From the NCBI GenBank assembly GCA_024232675.1, contig JAAEPL010000182.1:19214-83213 (forward strand): a stretch of 64,000 bases of DNA. The letters are read 5' to 3'. The notes beneath the pieces are model-generated. The model was not told the DNA's origin. It was given only the letters and a program-made list of their open reading frames with translations, and did no database searches. This DNA is from Planctomycetaceae bacterium. GTDB lineage: Bacteria; Planctomycetota; Planctomycetia; Pirellulales; Pirellulaceae. Both the position numbers and the translations under genes were made by a program. Shown here piece after piece: positions 9,872 to 18,837 of the stretch (within the stretch, counting starts at the first letter, position 1; every line of letters starts with the position of its first letter).

Positions 9872-12268
9872 GTGGAAACGCTACAAGCTCCCATGCAAGG
9901 ACAAGCCCCTTTTCCTGGACTGCCGGGCGAAGTCGCCAGCAACGAATCAACTTTCGACTTTTGGGGACTTTTAAACCGACGAAAGTGGATCGTATTGATC
10001 GGACTGCTAAGCGGTCTCGGTCTCGGCTACCTGTATCACACACAGGCCGCGCCCATCTACGAGAGTGAAGCCAGAATTATGGTTGAACCCTTGAACCCGA
10101 TCGGGCTTCTTGATGGACAATCAAACGCCTACCCCGGTTTGGAAAGTTACACCCAAGCTCATGACAAGATCATGATGAGCTCATCATTTGCAGGGGATGT
10201 CTTAAAGGACGATGAAAGTTTAGGTGCTTTACCAACTTTTGAAGGGTTGTCGCCAACGGAGCAGGTGAAAACGATTCTCGAGGGACTTCAGGTTGCACCA
10301 GATCGTGAAGAGCCAAACATCTTCTACATGGTGTATTCCTGCGGAGACGAAAGAGACTGTAACCTCGTACTGGGTGCGGCGGTTGCAACCTACGAAAAGT
10401 TACTCACCGACAAGTATAAAAAACGAAGCACGGAACTTATCGACCTGTTCCGTACGGTGGATGCCAACCTGACAGACAAACTAGGTAAGGCCAATTCGGA
10501 GTACAACCGGATTCGCGAAGATATGGACACCGTGGCCGTCGCTAAGAATGGTTCCAGGATACTCACGTTGCATCAAGTAAAGGTTGGCGAACTCGACGAG
10601 CAACTTACTAAGTTGCGAAACCAGTTGACATCGGTCAGGGAAGAGCAGGCCTTCGTCGACAACGCGATCGCTCAGGGTGCGGACGAGTACGATCAAATTG
10701 TATGGATCTTGGAACAAGACAGTCTTATTAAAGGCATGCGTGACAGCGGCGTCGAAACTCGCGCGTGGGAAAACTTAAGACAGAAGATCACCGAACTGGA
10801 GATGGCCCGAAGCGAACTCGCACAGCGTTACGGCGCAAGTCACCCAGATATGCAATCAATTGATCGCCAAATCAATCTCTGGAAAGACTACATGGAAGAG
10901 GACATGCTTTCTGGCGACCAGGGTGGAATTTCCAGTACGGTGTTGGCCCCGCAGGAAATCATTCGGCGTTACAAAATCAAGGTTGATCGCGAGGTCGGGC
11001 AACTCGATGCACGTTACCAAGCGGTTAACGAAGAGTTTAAGTTCCATTTTGAAAAAGCAAAACGACTTGAGAACATCGAGAATCAACTGCAGAAGAAGCA
11101 GGAAGAAATTGATATGATCAAGGAGTGGTTGACCAACGCTCGGGAAAACTTAACCGAGTTGGATATGACAGAGTTTGAGTCTGAGCAGGGCTACGATTTC
11201 CAGGAGTTGGCTGAGCCTAGTGCCGGCGCCCAGGTTTGGCCCAACATATTCGTGATTCTTGGATTAGGTGGTCTCTTAGGTTCCTTGGTTGGGTTTGGTC
11301 TGGCTTATCTGATCGACATCGCGGACAAAACATTCCGCTCGCCTGATGAGATTACCCGACAATTGGGTCTCCCACTAATCGGGCACATCCCGGTGATGGC
11401 TGCTTCAAAGAAGCAAAAAACGGACGATTCTCTAATCGACCCAGTGGTTTGTACTTATCACCGACCTAAGTCACAGTCTTCTGAGGCATTTCGCGCGGTG
11501 CGAACGGCACTCTACTTTAATACCCAAGGCAAGCAGCACTCAGTGATTCAAGTCACGAGCCCAACGCCGGGAGATGGTAAATCAACCGTTGCTTGCAACT
11601 TAGCTGTTTCCATTGCTCAGTCGGGTAAACGAGTCCTGCTTGTTGATGGCGATATGCGTCGTCCGACAACCCATCACATGTTTGGTATCAAAACCAACGA
11701 AGGTTTTGCATCCGCTTTAGCGGGTCAAAATCAGTGGGGCGATTGTGTGTTTGACTGCGAGGAAGTAGAAGGTCTTTTCATCATGCCTTGTGGAAAGAAA
11801 CCTGCTAACCCTGCGGAATTAACGACTTCGCCACGCGTCAAAGAACTGATCGACGAGATGCGGGAAAGTTTCGATTTCGTCATTATTGATACGCCACCTG
11901 TACTTGCCGTGACTGATCCTTGTCCGATTGCGGCCCGGGTCGATGGCGTGGTACTGACCTTGCGAATCAAAAAGAATGTTAAAATCAGTGCTGAGCGAGC
12001 GTCCGAAGTGCTGGCAAGTATCGGAGCGAATATTGTTGGCGTTGTCGTCAACGGAGTCGGCGTCCAATCTGGATACGGTAGTCAGTACAGTTACGGGGCC
12101 TATCGAAGCGGGTATTCCTACAGTGGCTATGGCTACGGGTATGGTTACGGATACGGATATGGTGCTGGTAAGTACTACGAGGAAGACAGGGGCGCAAACC
12201 CGAATGATCCAAAGGGTGTAAATCCCAAGCGTTTGGAGTCGTCCTCGAGCCCAACCGAGTCCGTTTAA
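9872..12268 (+). CDS. polysaccharide co-polymerase / BY-type tyrosine autokinase (Wzc/EpsB-like)
   Basis: The N-terminal TM segment, a long coiled-coil periplasmic region and a second TM segment fit the PCP2a fold. The kinase motifs are Walker A SPTPGDGKST, Walker A' LLVDGDMRRP and Walker B VIIDTPPV. The C-terminus is a Tyr cluster. The GTG start at 9872 is preceded by GAGGA. Confidence 0.88.
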   Translation: METLQAPMQGQAPFPGLPGEVASNESTFDFWGLLNRRKWIVLIGLLSGLGLGYLYHTQAAPIYESEARIMVEPLNPIGLLDGQSNAYPGLESYTQAHDKIMMSSSFAGDVLKDDESLGALPTFEGLSPTEQVKTILEGLQVAPDREEPNIFYMVYSCGDERDCNLVLGAAVATYEKLLTDKYKKRSTELIDLFRTVDANLTDKLGKANSEYNRIREDMDTVAVAKNGSRILTLHQVKVGELDEQLTKLRNQLTSVREEQAFVDNAIAQGADEYDQIVWILEQDSLIKGMRDSGVETRAWENLRQKITELEMARSELAQRYGASHPDMQSIDRQINLWKDYMEEDMLSGDQGGISSTVLAPQEIIRRYKIKVDREVGQLDARYQAVNEEFKFHFEKAKRLENIENQLQKKQEEIDMIKEWLTNARENLTELDMTEFESEQGYDFQELAEPSAGAQVWPNIFVILGLGGLLGSLVGFGLAYLIDIADKTFRSPDEITRQLGLPLIGHIPVMAASKKQKTDDSLIDPVVCTYHRPKSQSSEAFRAVRTALYFNTQGKQHSVIQVTSPTPGDGKSTVACNLAVSIAQSGKRVLLVDGDMRRPTTHHMFGIKTNEGFASALAGQNQWGDCVFDCEEVEGLFIMPCGKKPANPAELTTSPRVKELIDEMRESFDFVIIDTPPVLAVTDPCPIAARVDGVVLTLRIKKNVKISAERASEVLASIGANIVGVVVNGVGVQSGYGSQYSYGAYRSGYSYSGYGYGYGYGYGYGAGKYYEEDRGANPNDPKGVNPKRLESSSSPTESV

Positions 12269-12298
12269 CGATCAACGGATTTAATAGATAAGACATCC

Positions 12299-12336
12299 CA
12301 AAAGGCCGCGTTGCTATCAACGCGGCCTTTTTTATG
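12299..12336 (+). terminator. rho-independent terminator after the tyrosine-kinase gene
   Basis: A perfect stem, GGCCGCGTTG-ctat-CAACGCGGCC (12304..12327), is followed by TTTTTT. An A-run on the 5' side means it could act in both directions. Confidence 0.8.
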
Positions 12337-12473
12337 TTTGTGGCTCCGCGAACATCTTTCACAGAGTTCGGTGCTATCGAACCGGCAAAATTGGGGTGTC
12401 GGACGAGCTCGGAAATTGATACTGTCCCGCTCCCCCGGCAGGCTATCTTTGCGCGAATCTGACGAGATTACCG

Positions 12474-13193
12474 ATGCATATGAAAAACTCAAATCTATTA
12501 TTTATTGCTCTCTCAGTCGTCCTCATTAGCGGTTGTGCTGAGGGGATGTTTTGGAAAACCGGTTACATGGCACCTTGGGTGCGGCAGCAATGGTCTGCTG
12601 AAGAGGAGATCGCAGCGACGTTCTTCGCCCGTCAGGAGAAAATGGCGGAAGTGGTAGCCAAAGCGAATACAGGTAGTTTAGCGAGCCAAGAAAAGGCCAG
12701 TGAGTATTTGGCTGAGATTGTTGCCAACGACCCCGTTCTGTTGATGCGGATTGAGGCCACTCAGTTACTTGGTGAATTGTCGACCGAAACTGCAGAGTTA
12801 GCCCTGCAAACGGCTGCTAGAGACCGCGAAATTGAAGTTCGCAAGGCGGCAGTGAAATCGCTTAGTGAATTGGATAGCGATTTGGCGTCGCAATTACTTA
12901 ATCAAATGGCACTGCAGGATGCGGACACCGATGTGCGACTTGCTGCGACGCGGTCACTCGCTCTGTTTCCGGGCACCAATTCCCAGCAGACGCTCGCGGA
13001 TGTCTTAAATGATCCTAATCCAGCGTTACAGCTGCGAGCGGCCGAGGCTTTGTCAGAAATTACTAACGAAGACTTTGGCCGTGATATTCTCGCATGGCAA
13101 GAATACCTGGCCAAAGTGAACCAGCAAGCGGACGAAAATAGAGACCGCACAGCTAACGAAGATGGAGAAAGTTCTCATCCCAAGTTTCGCTAA
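12474..13193 (+). CDS. HEAT-repeat lipoprotein
   Basis: The lipobox is LISGC. Repeated units such as RIEATQLLG, EVRKAAVKSL, DVRLAATRSL and LQLRAAEAL are typical of HEAT/PBS-lyase repeats. Confidence 0.7.
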   Translation: MHMKNSNLLFIALSVVLISGCAEGMFWKTGYMAPWVRQQWSAEEEIAATFFARQEKMAEVVAKANTGSLASQEKASEYLAEIVANDPVLLMRIEATQLLGELSTETAELALQTAARDREIEVRKAAVKSLSELDSDLASQLLNQMALQDADTDVRLAATRSLALFPGTNSQQTLADVLNDPNPALQLRAAEALSEITNEDFGRDILAWQEYLAKVNQQADENRDRTANEDGESSHPKFR

Positions 13194-14244
13194 TGGGCTG
13201 TGCCCCTTCCCGCTTGAGGTTTTACAGGAATCTATTAATATTCAGGGATCAAGGTTTTCGAACACTTTTTCCCCCGATTTGCCGCCTGTGCCTACAAAGA
13301 ACCCTGACTTCTTCTCTTCCTTCGTCGGAGCTGGCTTGAACTTGGTCGCAGCGGCCGATGCGGATGCTCTTGTACTGTTCCTTGAAAAAGAGACGGACTG
13401 GGCGGCGTTGGAGAAGACTTGTGGCTCTGTGAAAATCGTTATTGTCAGTAACTCCAACGATCTAGTAACAGCGGCAGCCGAGCATGGCCTGTCCTCGGTC
13501 TGGATCGATCGCGTGGAAGCGACCGTGGCGGAAATGCTGACGCAGTCCTTATTGGATGCCGTGGCTCAGGAGTTGATTAAGCCCGGAGCGACGGTGGTCG
13601 CGGCCTATCGAGGCTTCGATGTTGCTAAGCTGGACACGCTAACGGTGCTTAAACTCAGCGAAAGATTGGGTCGCTTGACGGCCAAAGATCTTCGACGCTT
13701 GGAAACCAAGGTACCGCTCGACACGCTGAAGGTCGTGGTTGACCTAGCGGTTGAGATCGGACGCGAAGGGCGTGAAGGCAAGCCAGTGGGCACCATGTTC
13801 ATCGTCGGTGATCACCGCAAAGTTCTGGAACAGAGCCAATCTGCCGGTTTTGATGCGGTAAAGGGTTATTCGCAGGACGAGCGCGATCTCTTCGAAAAAG
13901 GCGTGCGGGAGCGGGTCAAAGAAGTGGCTCAGATGGACGGGGCTTTCATTGTCTCAGCAAAAGGTATCGTCGCCTCTACCTCCCGTATTATCGATACCAA
14001 CCCTGTCGAATTGACGATGACCAGTGGTTTAGGGGCGCGACATTACACCGGTGCGGCAATCAGTAAGAACACAAAAGCCATTGCCGTTGTGGTGAGCGAA
14101 TCGAGTGGCACCGTGCGAATTTTTCAAAATGGGCAGATTGTGCTTAGAATCGAGCCCTTCCGGCGGGCAATGAAATGGAATAGGCTCGCCGGCAGCGAAC
14201 CGGATGGCGTGAAAGAGTCTGAAAGTAAGTCAGGGACCCCTTAA
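13162..14244 (+). CDS. diadenylate cyclase (DAC/DisA_N) domain protein with unknown soluble N-terminal domain
   Basis: C-terminal DAC motifs are present: GTMFIVG, DGAFIV, GLGARHYTGA and VVVSESSGTVRIF. No TM helices or HhH domain are visible. The ATG at 13162 overlaps the upstream ORF by 32 nt. Confidence 0.72.
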   Translation: MEKVLIPSFANGLCPFPLEVLQESINIQGSRFSNTFSPDLPPVPTKNPDFFSSFVGAGLNLVAAADADALVLFLEKETDWAALEKTCGSVKIVIVSNSNDLVTAAAEHGLSSVWIDRVEATVAEMLTQSLLDAVAQELIKPGATVVAAYRGFDVAKLDTLTVLKLSERLGRLTAKDLRRLETKVPLDTLKVVVDLAVEIGREGREGKPVGTMFIVGDHRKVLEQSQSAGFDAVKGYSQDERDLFEKGVRERVKEVAQMDGAFIVSAKGIVASTSRIIDTNPVELTMTSGLGARHYTGAAISKNTKAIAVVVSESSGTVRIFQNGQIVLRIEPFRRAMKWNRLAGSEPDGVKESESKSGTP

Positions 14245-14321
14245 ACGGTCCTCGATATCTAGGATTTCGATCATCCAAGTATCGCTTTCCCTGCACTGGG
14301 TACCGGAAAACTAGAGCGGAC

Positions 14322-14831
14322 CTAGAACCATTTGATTTTGAAATAGCTACTCAGGGGTTGTTTTCTTTCCGGTCTTTCCCACTCAACCTTCTTGTAAGTA
14401 CCGAATACTCGATCCCACCAATCGACCAGGATGCCGAAATTGTGGTGCCACATTTTTCCATGGTGATGTAGGTGGTGTACCGGCTGAGGCATCCAAAAGC
14501 AAAGATCAGGGTTTTCGTGCTGCACCTGATGGGCATACGCAGCTGCCGCAGCATAGAACAAGCAGCCTAGCGCAAAGCCAATTCCTGCCGCTACGCTGAG
14601 CAGAAGCCAAAATAACGCTGCTCCAATTAACAATACTGGGAGCGAAGGGAGGAAATAGTCTTTGAACTCCATTAACCAGCCCTGCCCCTGATTCGCCTGG
14701 TGGTGTTGGGCGTGGATTTTGTAGAGAAAAATGCGGGCGTGCATCAGCCGGTGAACAATATATTCAACAAGCGTACCGACGAGGAATGCGGTCGCTAAGC
14801 CCAGTAATAAATGCAAGGTGATGGTAAGCAT
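14322..14831 (-). CDS. fatty acid hydroxylase / sterol desaturase family membrane protein
   Basis: Histidine boxes HRLMH, HAQHH/HQVQH and HHLHHH lie between hydrophobic segments. Confidence 0.72.
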   Translation of the reverse strand: MLTITLHLLLGLATAFLVGTLVEYIVHRLMHARIFLYKIHAQHHQANQGQGWLMEFKDYFLPSLPVLLIGAALFWLLLSVAAGIGFALGCLFYAAAAAYAHQVQHENPDLCFWMPQPVHHLHHHGKMWHHNFGILVDWWDRVFGTYKKVEWERPERKQPLSSYFKIKWF

Positions 14832-14873
14832 GACGTCCTGCTCGAATTTCGATGCGTTTATTTGCCCAATCGT

Positions 14874-15554
14874 TTATTCGCCCAAAAAATCCAAGACCTC
14901 TTGGGGCGCGCCTATATCTACCACTTTAATCTCTCCACACAGGGAACTGCCAGTGGTTGTTTGCATAACGGGTTTTAGGGCAACAAAAGTAACCGTCAAG
15001 TCGGCCTTAAAAACTACCCCAATGCCTTGTTTTTCCAGCACGGAATCGCATTCTAAGCCGCTGGGCAGGTCGACAGCCAAGCGTTTGGATTTTTGACGGT
15101 TGGCAATTGGAATGAACTCTCGGTGGGGGGAACGTAGCGGTTGTTTTGCACCCGTGCCCAAAAGAGCGTCGATGATCCAGTCAAACCCCTGAATCTGATG
15201 CTCGAATGCCTCTGGGGACATATCGAGCCCGTTCAGCACAGGAACCCGCGTCTTGCACAGTATTTCGTAATTGGACCGCGCATCTGACGTCATCTGCTCT
15301 CGCTTCGCCAGCAAGATGACTTTGCAATTCCAACCTCGCAAATGCAGGTGGCGTGCCATTACCAAGCCGTCACCGCCGTTGTTTCCCGATCCGCAAAGGA
15401 TAACGGCCGATGCGTTGACTGATCTTTGGCAGAGCAAATCGGTCGCTCCGCGGGCAGCATTTTCCATCAAAACCAAAGAATGGATACCAAAACGCTCTAC
15501 CGCAATTCGATCGAATTGACGCACCTGATCGCGTGTTAAGATTGAAGAAGACAT
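14874..15554 (-). CDS. nnrE: NAD(P)H-hydrate epimerase (YjeF N-terminal domain only)
   Basis: The motif GSGNNGGDGLVMARHL is characteristic. At 226 aa the protein lacks a C-terminal dehydratase domain. Confidence 0.85.
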   Translation of the reverse strand: MSSSILTRDQVRQFDRIAVERFGIHSLVLMENAARGATDLLCQRSVNASAVILCGSGNNGGDGLVMARHLHLRGWNCKVILLAKREQMTSDARSNYEILCKTRVPVLNGLDMSPEAFEHQIQGFDWIIDALLGTGAKQPLRSPHREFIPIANRQKSKRLAVDLPSGLECDSVLEKQGIGVVFKADLTVTFVALKPVMQTTTGSSLCGEIKVVDIGAPQEVLDFLGE

Positions 15555-15699
15555 TATTTGTATGCGGCATTAGAGGGCATGGCGGACAAGAAAAATTCCA
15601 GTCTTTGCGTTTGATGATAAGGAAAGAAATTGTTCCAATACAGGCCTACTGAAGAGTTCCACAAACACCTCGATACGCTTTGTTACCAGAGAGAGCTTC

Positions 15700-15891
15700 A
15701 TGCCAATTTACGAGTATTCATGCGACAGTTGCCACGCGCAATTTGAGGAATTGGTCACTGCCGGCCAAAAACCGATTTGCCCGAAATGCCAAAGCGAGCA
15801 TTTAACGAGACGGCTCAGTGTTATTTCAACACCTTCTAGTGGAAGCAAAGTCGAGGGGGGCGTTTGTGACCCGCTGCCCGGTGGCGGATGA
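15700..15891 (+). CDS. FmdB-family zinc-ribbon protein
   Basis: The sequence MPIYEYSCDSCHAQFEELV...CPKCQS is the canonical FmdB/CxxC...CxxC signature. Confidence 0.8.
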   Translation: MPIYEYSCDSCHAQFEELVTAGQKPICPKCQSEHLTRRLSVISTPSSGSKVEGGVCDPLPGGG

Positions 15892-15987
15892 GGGGTCCCA
15901 CAGTGTGGTTCCGGTCGGAACCGCTAAAAACAAGGGCTTCCAAAGCGAATAGATGCTCTGCACCCCTGCTCTACCCCCATCAACATG

Positions 15988-16013
15988 GAACCCCCAGTAT
16001 CAACTGGGGGTTC
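15988..16013. terminator. strong hairpin between convergent genes (possible bidirectional terminator, no U-tract)
   Basis: GAACCCCCAGT-atca-ACTGGGGGTTC forms a perfect 11-bp stem. It lies between the FmdB stop (15891) and the VIT-vWA stop (16030). Confidence 0.35.
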
Positions 16014-16029
16014 GCGCCTCTGAAGGGAC

Positions 16030-18342
16030 TTACTTCAAACGGTAGAGTTTCCCTTGGATCCGGACAATCATTTCCTCCTTGGGCTCTTGAAGTGCCAGCA
16101 ACTGATTCTCCGCCGCAGTAGTCGTTTGAATTAATTCAAAATACTCAGGGGAGAACTTCGTAATAACGGTGATTTTCGAGGCATCCTTCTCAGGGTCAAC
16201 ATCCGTGGCGTTGGAGGCGAACAAGATATTCCCCTTTAAGTAGGCGGTGAACTTTCCAGCAACACGCACTGGCAGTGCGCTGTTCTGCTTTTTGAGACTC
16301 GGAGCTGCACCTGTTCTACCACCCGCTCTTCTACCACCTACACCTCCACCTCCCCCTCCACCACTGGGGAGATCATTTCCGGCGAAACTGTCGAACGTGG
16401 CAGGGGCAGATTGAGTCATTTTCAGACTGTTTTTGTAACCACGCTGTGCGAATCCGCTTTGTCCGCTTTCCTCCGTTAGCATTTCCAGTTTTTCACCTGC
16501 CCTTTCCAAACTCAAGTTGTTATCCGCCAAGTCTCCTGGCTGCGCCAAGTCGTCTGCCAAGTAAGAGGTGTAGGGAGTGACGATTCCATGTTCCGTGGAA
16601 AGGAGGACGAGCTCGTTAATCAGTTCGGGGTTTTTACCGTTGAGATCAATGAGGTCGATAATTTCACCGATCCTTCTGGCCGCCCAGAGCTTTGCACAGA
16701 AAATATTGCGACTGTCATTGGACTTTGGCTGGAATTTGACGGTGTACTCAAAGTCTTGCTGTTGTTCTCCAAGCTTGCCGGTGATGCGTAATTGAGCATC
16801 GCCGGATTTCCGGTAACGGCCTACCAGAACAAGTTGTTGCCCTGCAAACAGATCCAAATCCTTGCTTGGGTAGATGCGATTGGTGGTATCTTGGGCCTCC
16901 GCACCTTGATTGATGAAGTTCACGCTTACATCAGTTAACACCGGTGCAGCAATCTTTGCGTAAAGGCTGCTGACATGTTCTTCGAGATCTTCATCCGGGC
17001 GTACATATTGACTACGTCCGTGATTCTCCCGCGTCATCCTGTCGAGTAGCCTGCTGTTGACATCGTAGCCCACGCCAAAACTGATTAGTCTCGCGTCATT
17101 TCGATTGTTTTTGCGAGCGTTGGCAGCAATTTTCATCTCGTTGGTAACACCTTGGGTGGCTAATCCATCGGTTAAAAACAGCACGTAGGTGGGGCCGCTT
17201 TCCGCGTTCAGCATATTGAACGCGTTGCTGAGTGCCCCGTCAATATTTGTGCCACCACCGGCGAAGATACCTTCGACAAAAGCCAAAGCAGACTTTCGAG
17301 TTTGGGCATCAAAGATTTGCAGTTCCGGTGCGTAGGATTCAACGTCGGCAGCGTAGGTGACAATATTGAAAAGGTCTCCTTCACGAAGGTTGTTCAAAAT
17401 GAATTTTGCTGCCTGGCGGGCCTGCTCAATCTTCTTGCCGTTCATGCTGCCGCTTCGATCAACCACAAATAACACGGTTTTGGGTGTCGGTTTCTGATTT
17501 TCCGGGCTTTGGATATCGGGAGAAACGAGTAGTGTGAAAAAGCCTTGCTCATCTTCCGCGGGCCAATAGGACAGCAGGTTAGCCGTCAACGATCGATTGT
17601 CCTCGCTGTACAAGATCCTGATGTCGTTGCCGGGTGTATATTTCTGTCGTTCCAGTTGGATAATCGCCATGTTGTCTGAGGGACGATCAATTTCGAGATC
17701 GTTGTGACTGGGGCTGTAGACAGTTTTTAGTCTTTGACGGGTGTTCAGAACGCAACGGAGAGAGAATGTGTCGAGCGGTTGCTGGGAAAATTTCGCCGTC
17801 GAAAGTGGAATCAAATAATCGTTGACACCCAAGTCTTGTCGCACGAGTTGAGTGTAGGTGATCTGCACTGTACGCTCGGCACCTGGGGGAATCGGGAAAA
17901 CGCTGGTCTTAAACATTCCCTGCCCCACCCATTCCAAGAGGGCCGGATCTTGGTTGCGGCGAATATAGCCCTCGTAGACCTCGCGAGCTTTTTTGGCCGG
18001 TAAAAGTTTTGCTTCGTATTCCTTGCCGTCGACCAGAAAGGTCATACTGTCGACCGCGCCTTCGTAAGGCAATGGGAAAACGAACGAGGCCTCAATTTGA
18101 GTTTTTCCCGTATTTAAGAAGGTTTGGGAAACTTGAGTGACCGCGAATTGATCGTTGATCGTCGAGTTGATTTCCAGACTCTTGATACGGTAGCTGGAAA
18201 CCGGGCGAGCTATTTGATGGTGCCTGCCGTGAAGCCTTGGCAGCATATGATCTTGGTCGGTTAAGAGCACTCCCTGAGCCGAGACAGATTCCGCACCGCA
18301 GATCAATACTGCCAATAAGCATCCGATTACCGTTCGTAACAT
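16030..18342 (-). CDS. secreted VIT + von Willebrand factor A domain protein
   Basis: The signal peptide is MLRTVIGCLLAVLICGAESVSAQ. A VIT-like region follows (SLEINSTINDQFAVTQVSQTFLNTG). The vWA MIDAS motif is VVDRSGSM. I prefer ATG 18342, which is preceded by GAGGAG, over the 18489 start. Confidence 0.82.
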   Translation of the reverse strand: MLRTVIGCLLAVLICGAESVSAQGVLLTDQDHMLPRLHGRHHQIARPVSSYRIKSLEINSTINDQFAVTQVSQTFLNTGKTQIEASFVFPLPYEGAVDSMTFLVDGKEYEAKLLPAKKAREVYEGYIRRNQDPALLEWVGQGMFKTSVFPIPPGAERTVQITYTQLVRQDLGVNDYLIPLSTAKFSQQPLDTFSLRCVLNTRQRLKTVYSPSHNDLEIDRPSDNMAIIQLERQKYTPGNDIRILYSEDNRSLTANLLSYWPAEDEQGFFTLLVSPDIQSPENQKPTPKTVLFVVDRSGSMNGKKIEQARQAAKFILNNLREGDLFNIVTYAADVESYAPELQIFDAQTRKSALAFVEGIFAGGGTNIDGALSNAFNMLNAESGPTYVLFLTDGLATQGVTNEMKIAANARKNNRNDARLISFGVGYDVNSRLLDRMTRENHGRSQYVRPDEDLEEHVSSLYAKIAAPVLTDVSVNFINQGAEAQDTTNRIYPSKDLDLFAGQQLVLVGRYRKSGDAQLRITGKLGEQQQDFEYTVKFQPKSNDSRNIFCAKLWAARRIGEIIDLIDLNGKNPELINELVLLSTEHGIVTPYTSYLADDLAQPGDLADNNLSLERAGEKLEMLTEESGQSGFAQRGYKNSLKMTQSAPATFDSFAGNDLPSGGGGGGGVGGRRAGGRTGAAPSLKKQNSALPVRVAGKFTAYLKGNILFASNATDVDPEKDASKITVITKFSPEYFELIQTTTAAENQLLALQEPKEEMIVRIQGKLYRLK

Positions 18343-18657
18343 TGTTTCTCCTCGCATGTTATTGCTGTTTCCGCGTGTCTTTAAAACGAATCCGCGGTTA
18401 TTAAGACGAAGCGTCCCTGCAATAAGTTCCATGAATTTATCGGCGGCTAAACCCAGAGGAGCCCAGTGTGGTGCGGTGAGAGCAGGCAAGGTGCAGTTTT
18501 CAGCCTTTTAACGAGGCTTCGCTGCCTAATTGACCAGAAGTAAGTGAGGGAGGGATAAAATTTGAAGGCGTCGTCGAGGCAATTTTTTAACCGGGACGGG
18601 ATTCTCGTCTATTGGTTTTAGCCGGACGAAGAAGCCCGAGATGGGCTTTCAGCTCTT

Positions 18658-18702
18658 TTAAAAACCGAACGGCCGACGGTAAAGTTACCGCCGGCCGGTT
18701 CG
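18658..18702 (-). terminator. rho-independent terminator after the guaB-downstream gene
   Basis: On the minus strand, CGAACCGGCCGGCGGTAACTTTACCGTCGGCCGTTCGG forms a stem of about 14 bp with one bulge. It is followed by TTTTT. Confidence 0.62.
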
Positions 18703-18837
18703 AGCCAATCGCCCTCAAGACGTAAAAGCTTTCTAAATCAAAGGGCTAAGTAACCATGGCGCTAACCGATTACCCAGATCCAAGAGCGTGAACAGATCGA
18801 TCAAGTGCTTGAGGCAAAATCTATCCACGTGAAATCG

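Noticed and set aside
12071-12185. Whether the short periodic repeats (the GY-coding repeat, and the tandem repeats at 40998 and 49827) are CRISPR-like.
   Set aside because: The repeats are adjacent, or separated by only 3 nt, with no unique spacers of 25-40 nt. There are at most 2-3 copies and no cas genes, so this is not a CRISPR array.
18343-18489. An N-terminal 49-aa extension of the VIT-vWA ORF in the supplied track.
   Set aside because: ATG 18342 is preceded by GAGGAG and directly yields a canonical signal peptide. The extension (MPALTAPHWAPLGLAADKF...) would bury that peptide.
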